Shown here piece after piece: positions 1 to 10,500 of a stretch of DNA of 64,000 bases (within the stretch, counting starts at the first letter, position 1; every line of letters begins with the position of its first letter). The translations under genes were made by a program, and so were the position numbers. Under the pieces are notes generated by a model that saw only the letters and a list, made by a program, of their open reading frames with translations, did not search any database and was not told the origin of the DNA. This DNA comes from Antedon mediterranea (lineage: Eukaryota > Animalia > Echinodermata): assembly GCF_964355755.1 (NCBI RefSeq), contig NC_092672.1:14446001-14510000 (forward strand). The letters are read 5' to 3'.

Positions 1-532
1 GACTTTCTGATAGATAACGTGAGTCTACTACACAAACATACCAATGTCAATTGTAGAATAAATACTAGGCTACAGCATAGGCCTATAACCATTTTAGATT
101 ATATATTTTTTAAATCATTTTATTTTCATAACTCTATTATGTAGTAGAGGCCTATCTAATTTACCTTTTTTAGATTCACCCACTTTTATTCACTTCTTTT
201 TTGCATGTTATAATGTTACATAATGTAACATTTATTTTTGGAAACTAAAGTATTTGGAATAAACAATTTGTGTATACCATGTATTGTATAAACAATGTTT
301 GTAATACATTTTCTTCATTTTAATAACATTTGATGATAGCTTAGATTGAGAGAAGTAGGCCTACCTAAATTACGTTACCTACCGGTATGCCAGTATTCGT
401 TGCTTGTATTTCTGTATTTGATTGTAGTTAACGTTTATTGCCTTCCTATTATTGCTATTTTTCCTACTTCAACATAACTTATTTATTTCATTACAGCACT
501 TTTTAATTGATGTACATTTGTTTGTATTAGAC

Positions 533-1291
533 TAGTCCAGATAGTCATATTTCCACTCTAATAAGATGCTGTAGGCATTTCGTGTTAAAAGCAAATAAAC
601 ATGTGTTTTAGGGTAATTTTGGGGTGCTGAATTCAAATCTGCCCAATTTTTAGATCTTCACCCTTAAAATGTGAAAAAAAAAACATGGCGGCTGAAATAG
701 AGTATTTAAAACTCTAATAACAATATATTATTGTTATAGAAACCATTTTAAACCTGATATTCATTTAAGTCAAGTCACAAGACAAAATACATAGGTATAG
801 ACACCATTTTAAACCTGCTATGTTACATCATTTAAGTCAAGTCACAAGACAAAATACATAGGTATAGACACCATTTTAAACCTGCTATGTTACATCATTT
901 AAGTCAAGTCACAAGACAAAATACATAGGTATAGACACCATTTTAAACCTGCTATGTTACATCATTTAAGTCAAGTCACAAGACAAAATACATAGGTATA
1001 GACACCATTTTAAACCTGCTATGTTACATCATTTAAGTCAAGTCACAAGACAAAATACATAGGTATAGACACCATTTTTAACTTGCTATGTTACATAAAA
1101 GTCGAGTTATAAGCCAAAATACGTTTAAAATGTGGCCATCTTGGATTTCAAATTTTAAGGGTAAAGATATGAAAATAAGGCCGGGTAAACAGCAGATTTA
1201 AATTCAGCACCCCGAAATTACCCTAAAACACATTTTTATTCGCTTTTACACGAAATGCCTACAGCATTTCATTTTTCTCAAATCTTGACTA
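533..1291. mobile_element. Non-autonomous TIR DNA transposon (TAGTC termini, Academ-like) containing a 67-bp minisatellite
   Basis: Ends TAGTCCAGAT (533) and ATCTTGACTA (1291). Long subterminal inverted match: GCTGTAGGCATTTCGTGT...TTTAGGGTAATTTTGGGGTGCTGAATT (~568-633) vs AATTCAGCACCCCGAAATTACCCTAAAA...ACACGAAATGCCTACAGC (~1201-1265). TSD ambiguous (gac/gtc, or TA if the ends are 530/1294). Confidence 0.65.
762..1096 (+). repeat. 67-bp tandem repeat, ~5 copies
   Basis: Unit CATTTAAGTCAAGTCACAAGACAAAATACATAGGTATAGACACCATTTTAAACCTGCTATGTTACAT recurs from 762, 829 and onward. Confidence 0.95.
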
Positions 1292-1568
1292 GTCTATATT
1301 TTTATAGTCCTAAAACATTTCGTATATTTTCCAGATTATCGTACCAAATGATACTGATACAACTTACTGGTTTTACCACATGCAACTTCCAAGGCTTGCA
1401 AACGAAAATCATATTATTCGGGTACGAACACTATTTTATGAAATCTATAAAGTTAATGAAATTAATAATAAACGTGTCTTCAGTATAAATAAATAACAAA
1501 ACATCATGTCATCGTTATTGAGGTTTATTAGTTGGAATTTCCTGATTATATATATTATTTCTTTTAAG

Positions 1569-4500
1569 ATTGATCCCGTAATACAACCAGGAAATGAGGG
1601 AATTGTTCACCATTTAATTGTAAAGGAGTGTCATGGACTTGGAAGGATTAATGGCACTGGAAGTCTTAATATAAAAAGTAAAGATATGTATATGTTTAAA
1701 TCCTGTTCCAAACAGATTTATGCATGGTCCGTTGGAGGAGGAGTAAGTCAAACAATAACTACATAAAATTGATTGTTTATACCATCTTTTTTACACACTT
1801 ATTTCATTCATATAAATCATTAATGTGTATCCATTGTCCTATGTTAAAATAATGCCGCGCGGTCTACATAGGCTACATAGAGCAGTCAATATTTATGAAT
1901 GAAACTATATTCAACGCATAAAAAACATTCATAATTTGTTTTATAATACACCTACTATGAATTATATCAACAAACTATGGGCCTAGTCACTCGGCCAGCA
2001 CTCTAGACATCAACTCCTTCAATCATCCACCAATCCATCCACCAACTCATTTAATCGTTCACCGTAATCCATCCATCAACTCCTTCAATCGTTCACCGTA
2101 ATCCATCCATCAACTTTTTCATTCGTCCATCCGTCCATTAACTTTGTCATTCGTCCAACAATCCATTCATTAACTTCGTCATTCGTTTACAAATCCTTTC
2201 ATCAACTTCGTCATTCGTCCATCAATCCATCCATCCATCAACTTCGTCATTCGTCCACCAATCCAATCATTAACTTCGTCATTCGTCCACCAATCCATCC
2301 ATCCATCAACTTCGTCATTCGTCCACCAATCAATCAATCCATCCATCAACTTCGTCATTCGTCCACGAATCCATCCATCCGTTCATCAACTTCGTCATTC
2401 GTCCACCAATCCATCCATCCATCAACTTCGTCATTCGTCCACAAATCCATCAAATTCGTCATTTGTCCACGAATCCATCCATCAACTTTGTCATTCGACC
2501 ACCAATCCATCCATTAACTTCGTCATTCGTCCACCAACTCTGTCATTCGTCCGCCAATCCATCCATCAATTTCGTTATTTGTTCACCAATCCGTTTACCA
2601 ACTTCGTCATTTGTCCACCAATCCATCCATCTACTTCGTCATTCGTATACCAATCCTTCCATCTACTTCGTCATTGGTCTACCAATTCATCCATCTACTT
2701 CGTCATTCGTCCATCAATCCCATCCATCAACTTCGTCATTCGTCCACCAATCCATCCACCAACTTCGTCATTCGTCCACTAATTCATCCATCTACTTCGT
2801 CATTCATTGTTCACCAATCAATCCATCAGTCATTCTTTCACTACTCCATCCATCAGCTCCGTCCTTTATTCACTACTCAACCCATCAGCTCTGTCCTTCG
2901 TTCACTAATCCATCCATCAGCTCCGTCGTCGTTCGTTCACTAAATCTATCTATCAGCTCCGTCCTTCATATACTCCATCCATAAGCTCCGTCCTTCGTTC
3001 ACTAATCTTTCCATCAGCTCCGTCGTTTGTTCACTAAATCTATTCATCAACTCATTCATTCGTAAATAAGTGAATACATCCATTCGTTAATCTATTTATA
3101 GATTATGGTTAATTCTGACATAGGCGAGCACAATGCAAAAAAAACGTTGGTACAAATCTCCGACTTGGATACCTACCTTATCTATCTGAGATGTACCGCG
3201 AAACGTAGATTTGATAACGTTAGTTTTCACATCGACGCTATTGTTCCATATTTCTATCTTAGGAAGATATTATAAAGAGTTTTTTAACAAAATTTATGAT
3301 TTCAACAGTAGATTTCAAACTCAATTTCAATTCTTCACGGGTCAAAGTAATTTCCGAGTTCACCTTGCAACAACCTGGTTTCAACTATTTTTCTCTCTTT
3401 TATACACAAAGGAGCAGTTAAAATAATAGATTTGACCCTAAAGGTGACTGGAAACAGGCACTTTCCATCAATCAATACAGTGTCCCTTTGGAAGAAGGAA
3501 GAAAAAACCGATAGTAGGACTGGAGCTTAGTTGCATAGCCATTTCAGTTTATTTGTTTATTTTAGGAACGGACCGCGCGTGTGTGAAGGTACAGTGGTTA
3601 AAAAATAAAAATTATACTGCAAATTAATAAAGATCAAATTAAATATAGGCCATAAAGAATCGGAATACATTGTGGGAAATAGTATTATAAAATTACATAG
3701 GGAGATTTGATGATAAGACATTTTGTTTAAAATCGAGTGAAATCCCGATAGTTGATTGAGTAAGCTGGAAGGAATAACTGTAGGCTATCTGTGTCCCGTT
3801 AGCGATTTTTTTTTTCGTACATAAGTTGGGGTCCCCCTCATGAAACGTCACAAAATAAACATGAATAATTCATCAGTTAAATATGTTGTTCCGTGTGCAC
3901 CCAAGCGTATAGCAACAAGAAGCGATTACACAACTGCGATACGATACTTTCTACAGTAGGCCTAGGATTCTAAGTCAATTCACGCGATTGCCTTTCGCGC
4001 ACTCTTCTTCACACAAAATGTGTCGAGTCGAGGCTAATCGACAGCTAGGCAAGACATTAAACCAGGGAAGAGTTAAATTACAGTTAAAATTTAACTCTTC
4101 CCTGATTAAACTAAGTAGTAATTCATTGTACATAGCCCAAAGAAAGCTTAGACCCACAAGAATAAAGAATGTGTATAATTTGTGTACTGTATTTTTTTTA
4201 ATTCTGCTATTTTATTATCAAACAATATGCAATGTACTCAAAGGAACTTTAAAAATGCGCGTATATGAACACATGAGATGGGAAGATTAGACCCACGAGA
4301 ATAAAAACTGTATTTTTGTGTAATGTTTATTGTTTAATTTTGCTGACTTATTACTCGGATTGTGTCATACCTATAACACACACACACACAGCTCTACTAG
4401 AATAGACATATGTTTAGAGACTAATAATTAGGCCTAGGCCTAATAGTATTAATAGAAACTATAATTTTAACACGTAATTCTTTAGTAATAAATTATATTA

Positions 4501-7500
4501 AAAACACTATTATAAACTAAAGGCTGATTATTTCGACAATCCACACAAAACGCCGCTATTCTTCTATGAAATCGCACGCCGCAACAACAGCGCGGAGATA
4601 GGCCTAGAATCGTACCGCACTTGTGTAATCACTTCTTGTTGCTATACGCTTGGGTGCACACGGAACAAGAACATTTAACTGATGAATTATTCATGTTTAT
4701 TTTGTGACGTTTCATGAGGGGGTCCCCAACTTATGTACGAAAAAAAAAATCGCGTCCCGTTAGGACCGAGATGTCTGCCCATGTTGCAAGCCGTAATGTC
4801 TTCTTTCTTGGGCCCACTCTATAACGGCAGTTAGTTTCAAAAGATGTTTAAATTAAATAATGTATTAATAATTATTAGGATGGTATTTATTTGAATAAAC
4901 GCCTCTCCAATAAAACATCACTTTGAATAATAATCATTATACTATTTGTAGTAGAATTCATCGCACTGTTATCTACAATTTACCAAGCATTTGTTATTCT
5001 TTTTTACCACTTTTCATATCTATTAGAGGATTTCATTTGATTATAAATGTTACCATAAAATTATTATTAAAACTAAAAAAATTAACATATATCCCTCGAA
5101 TAACCACACCCTCAAATAAACTCCGCCTCTCCAAAGGGCCCTACCAAACAATAAACACTATACTTTAAAATGTTATTAATCATCTAAAACACTGTGAAAC
5201 AGAGTAGTTTAGTTTTACGAATGTCAAGCATTTTCAATAATGGTAACCGACAGAAAACGTACAAGGAGAACATTTTTATCATTCCGAGAACCATCGTCTA
5301 CACTTCCTAGAGGGGGAGCGAGCGAAGTTTAGTGCTAATTACAGTTAGTGCTCAGTCGATATCATCCATTGACTAGTTATATTTTAGCGTGGTTCTTACA
5401 TATTACTATATTTATGCATTTATACATGGTGTCTGCCTTTCTGTTTAAAAGTCTAAAATACCAATCTTGTGTATAGGCATTGACGTTTCCAGAGCATGTG
5501 GGGTATCGGATAGGCGGTGAAAATGAGATAAAGTATTTGCAGTTAAACATACACTACGATAATCCTCAGTTTCTTACAGGTAAGTAGTAAATAAGGTACT
5601 TTAGCCCAAAGTTAACCTTGAGGTATTTCCTGATTACGTAATATCCGCCAGGTGTTTCTAATGAAGGTCGTTCATTTCCTGTTATTGTATTAGTTATGTA
5701 ACTTCCGCCAGGTGTTTCTAAAGAAGGTCGTTTCCGCCAGGTGTTTCTAATGAAGGTCGTTCATTTCCTGTTATTGTATTAGTTATGTAACTTCCGCCAG
5801 GTGTTTCTAATGAAGGTCGTTCTTTTCCTGGTTTCGTACTAGTTATGTAATTTCCGCCAGGTGTTTCTTTGTCTCTTTTTTATTAATTTTTCGGCGTGAG
5901 GTTCTGGTACGTGGTGAGTGACGTCATTACTTTATTTACGATTTAAGACGGTAAAACAAAGTGAAGCGGTTATTGTTGTACTATTCTCCAGTTGTTTTGT
6001 CTATTTTTACGTAGAGTATCTCTTTACAGTATTTCATTATGTCTGGAAGTATATATTTTTCGCAAGGGAGTTGTGTAGATACTGTTATAATAATTAGCGA
6101 TGATGAGGATACTGTTGTTGTTCCAGGCAGTGATATAGATGATTGTTACACGGCGGCCGAAGAGGTTATCCCCGTCGGTATAGAAGAAGGAGTCGAGAGG
6201 AGTAACAGGCCTACAAGTTGTATATTCACGTACGTGGACGAGGTGGAGAGAGAATTTTTGTTGAAAATGGAGCGTTTGGTTAAACAATTGTTTGCTGCTC
6301 AAGTGTTAGCCAAGTGTTGGGTTTTAAGTAAAGCGGCTTGTTATGGTTGTGAATTTGACAGGAGCAGTCAAAAAGATCATGATTTCTGTTGTATGAAGTC
6401 TCTAGAAGAACAGATTGACTATTTTTATCGGGAGGTTCTAGATAAGAAGTATGTTTCAGTCGATACCGTTTACAACGAACTAAATATGCAAGGAGAATAT
6501 TCATTGCCTCGGTATAGACATTTCGTTTATTTTCTTGTCAATACCCTGATTAATTCAGAGGCTATTTTTAAGCTGTTGTGCGAGGATATTTAAATTGTGT
6601 TTCGCACGTGTCACGGAAACGATTGACCGGAAATAGCAATCATTATCTTTTTAATTACTGAACTGGGCTACTTTCCTACTAAGCTGCATATATATCCTGA
6701 TTCAAGCGTAATCGTTCGTTTCACTCTCTGTAACTCTCTACAGTCTATAAACATGAGTTTCAACTGTTTACCTACTCCGAAATTAGCAATTGGTGAGAAA
6801 GCCCGTAGGACTATGAAAAGAGTTATGGGGAGTTCTAATGGTCAAGCTGACGAGTGTAGCAGTTTAAAATTACCAACGGTGGCTTCTACATCAGCGAATA
6901 TAATGGATTCTATAAAATCTTTTAACGGTCAAACTGACGACTGTAAAGGTTTTAAAAAACCAATGATGCCGTCTACTCACCCAAAGATTACCGTAACATC
7001 AACGAATCGGATTTTCTTGTCTGAAAAACGTCATGTGGTGGCTCAGCGATGGGGTGAAGTTGTTTCTGTTTGCCTCAGAGAGTATTACCAGACGGAAGAA
7101 AATGGTGTCTACAAACCTGGTCCTCTAGGTATTAATTTACCCGTTCTGCTGTGGCAAAAACTTTTCAACAATATTGATTTAATTATTCAGGCACTGGAAG
7201 ACTTACAAAGAGACATTAACATGGTGGAGGCAGTAAGAATCCCCATTTCGGACATAATTCATGTGGTAGTTAGTAACTGGAAAGAAGAACAATTTGTGTG
7301 TATTCGCCGCTATTACCAGTCTGAAGAAGGAGGCAAGTTTAAACCCGGTAAAAAAGGTGTAAACCTTCCAAAGAGTCAGTGGTTCAAGATAATTGAAAAA
7401 CACGGTGAAATACAAAAGATGATTGAGGAGGTTGGTAATGATAATGCGGCTACTGTTGACAAAAGCGATAATGGAGGACGTTTATTCAATTCAGAACATC

Positions 7501-10500
7501 AATTGCTACCCCCTGATAAGTTATCGGTGCAAAAGATAATAGGGGAAAATTTAGACTGTGATTACCTTCAACTTCTTGATAAAGGAGCAGCCGATACATT
7601 GTTTAAAAAATGTGAGGAAGAGATTGACTATTTTACCGGAGATCTTGCAAAGGTTAAAGTGTACGGAAAGTGGTTTAATATTCCTAGAAAACAGGTTAGT
7701 TCCATTATGTTTTTATCCGTGGTTTTGTATTAATGACTTGTTAATTACTTGTATATCGTTTCCTTTGTTTTTTCCATAATTTACCGCTGTGTAGCTATAG
7801 GTGTTACTTACTCTTTTTCTGTAAATTATTTTATTTGGGCGTGTTCATTTACGTCTCGTCAAATAATAAATGACTTTCTTTGTATGGTTTCCCCCTCTGC
7901 AGGTTTCGTTCGGCGATTCGGGCTTAACTTACAAATATTCAGGCAATACAGTACCAGCTTTACCGTGGCCACCATTCCTGAAAGATCTCCGCGACCTTTT
8001 AAAATCGGTTACAGGACATTACTTCAATTTTGTTTTGGTCAACCGGTAAATATTCTTGTTTATTATTTTATTCATTTATTTTATTTATTGATTAAAAGGG
8101 TCCATAGTTTACCTCTAAAACGATTGAACACTATCAGTATGATTTCTGCAATTTGTTAGATAAGATTGTTTTAATGGATAATTGGGGTTTTTTTAGTCTC
8201 ATCTTAAAATATTTTATTTTCTATTGTATTTTGTCGTTACTCTATAGATATGCTACTGGAAGTGATTACATTGGCGAACACAAAGATGATGAGAAAGACA
8301 TGAATCACTTTAGTCCAATCGCCTCTGTATCATTGGGGCAGACACGTATGTTTAGATTTCGACATGGTGATGCGCGAGGTAAGAGTCCCAAAAGAATAAT
8401 TGAGCCAGTAACTGTTGATCTTAAACACGGTACATTATTAATGATGAATTATCCCACTAATGAGTACTGGTACCATTCACTGCCTAAAAATCAATCCATC
8501 AAGCTACCAAGAATAAATCTCACGTTTAGAGATATTAAAAGATGAGAGAAATGTTACGCAAACACTACAGTCTTTAATAGTGATTGCAGATCTCAAGAAT
8601 ATCAACTGTTCATGATCTGTTCTCATTTAGTATAGTAGTACCAGTTGAATTATTTTTGTGATGATATTCCTAAAAATGGTTGTATTATTGTATTGATGTT
8701 AATTCACTTAGATCTAGGCCTAATTCCATTGATCGTTAATAATCATGTGATTGTTTGTCATTGCGTGGATAATGATTAACTTTACGAATAATTTCTTAAA
8801 AGTAACTTGTAATGTATTTCTAATTGTTAAATACAATTTTTTATGTTTTTAATAAGTGTGTAAGTTTTTCTTTAAAGCGTTTTAATCGTAATTTCAAGAG
8901 TAATAGGTACTTGTAACGTTTGAAACGGACTGGTAGATTAAACAGAACAAAAACAAAAAAAAAAACCCCGTTATAATAACACTAATAATAGCACATATTT
9001 TCGTACATGTATCAATGATTTATCTACATATGTGTGATTAATATTATTACAATAAAGACCATGTAGATCTACGATATTTTTACTGTAAGTGGTATTGTAA
9101 ATAAAAATTATGAATTCAATCGTGAGAAATGACCGATATCTGTGTATTATTTTATATTACTTTTATCATAATTGCAACAACATAAAAAAACTCAGAAATC
9201 ATAATTATCGAATACAGAAAGACGTTTTGGTTACCAATTGTATTTCTTGACACTTAACAGATTTTAACAGAAAACAAGACCTTCAACCGGAGCCAAAAAT
9301 GGAAATTTGTTTACGTGCAGGTTATTGCCATTAGATATTCTTAGAACTACTTTGGTTTTTATAAATATTGTCACTTTTTTTCTACACGTTTATCTACCGA
9401 GATTTTGTTTTTCTTTTTATGAATCTTCCGTTGTTCATAAGCATTATTAATTTGTACAGGCCTTGTTCTTCGCTTTGCAGGCTAAATCTTATAACGGCAT
9501 AGGCCTACATTTTAACGGTTCTTTGTAAATATCCTCTTATTGATTGTTACCTATAGTTCTCTGAATGTTTTAATTTACCGTAGATGATGAAAAAATCCCT
9601 TAATCTAGCACCATTTAAAAAAAAAAAAAAAAAAAAGGTTCCGCAGTAAATGGTTTATTTTTTATGGTATTGATGGAATCATCGAGGCACAATATTAGGC
9701 TGAAAAACATGACGTCACTATTTTAAACTGTTTATCATACAAGAACAATTAACCAATCACAAAACTGAGCTACTGATTTGCGTAGAAGTTTCTGGAAATG
9801 ACAAATTAAGGAAACACGTACACATTAATAAATATATATTAATTTTTATATAAATAATAGACAAAACAAAAGGAAATACACCAAACAAATCATTTTCGTT
9901 ATGAATTTATAATAACTTTAAATTTTGTCCATCACAGGAGACGCGTTTAGCGTTTTCCAATTGTAAAACAGTTTCGCATTGCGTCGCAACACATGCACAT
10001 ACTGCAAGTACTGTACCGTACTGTAACAAGTCTACTGATATGTATTTTGTTGGTCACTCATCATTTTAGCCAACACATTATTTAACTCATCAGGTGTAAT
10101 ATCTTTTCACAAAACCTTTATATCTTTACTTTTTCTTGACAACTCATAACAAACAAGAATAGTACTCTGAATGAGTGTGGGAGAGGTGTGTGGGAGTCCC
10201 ATTCAACTAAACCTTGCCAATTTGTACTCGACCTACGATAAAACCATTTTTTAAAAGTCAACATAGCGACGCGAGAAAAAATTGATAATAGGGATAAAAA
10301 GTTTTTCATGCATTGTTATACAGTAATCTATGTTTTTCGGTGTTTACACCATCTCATTGTTTATAATTACGTTTGTTAATATCGATAGTGTTTCTCTAGC
10401 AGAGTTATATTACTTGTTTATACTCGTATAGTTTGAAGTCCTCCATGTTGTTCGTATATTTTGTAAAAAGTGTACTTATGATTACTTTTAAAAACCAACT

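Noticed and set aside
762-1096. CRISPR-like appearance of regular repeats (also 5644-5868 and 41830-42070)
   Set aside because: Units are contiguous tandem copies without unique spacers, there are no cas genes, and the context is eukaryotic.
2463-2984. ORFs of 173, 110 and 67 aa
   Set aside because: Translations of a low-complexity minisatellite.
7749-8159. 136-aa ORF between the PC4 and AlkB ORFs (mirror 16655-17065)
   Set aside because: Wrong frame; the real exon 7903-8045 in another frame matches ALKBH2.
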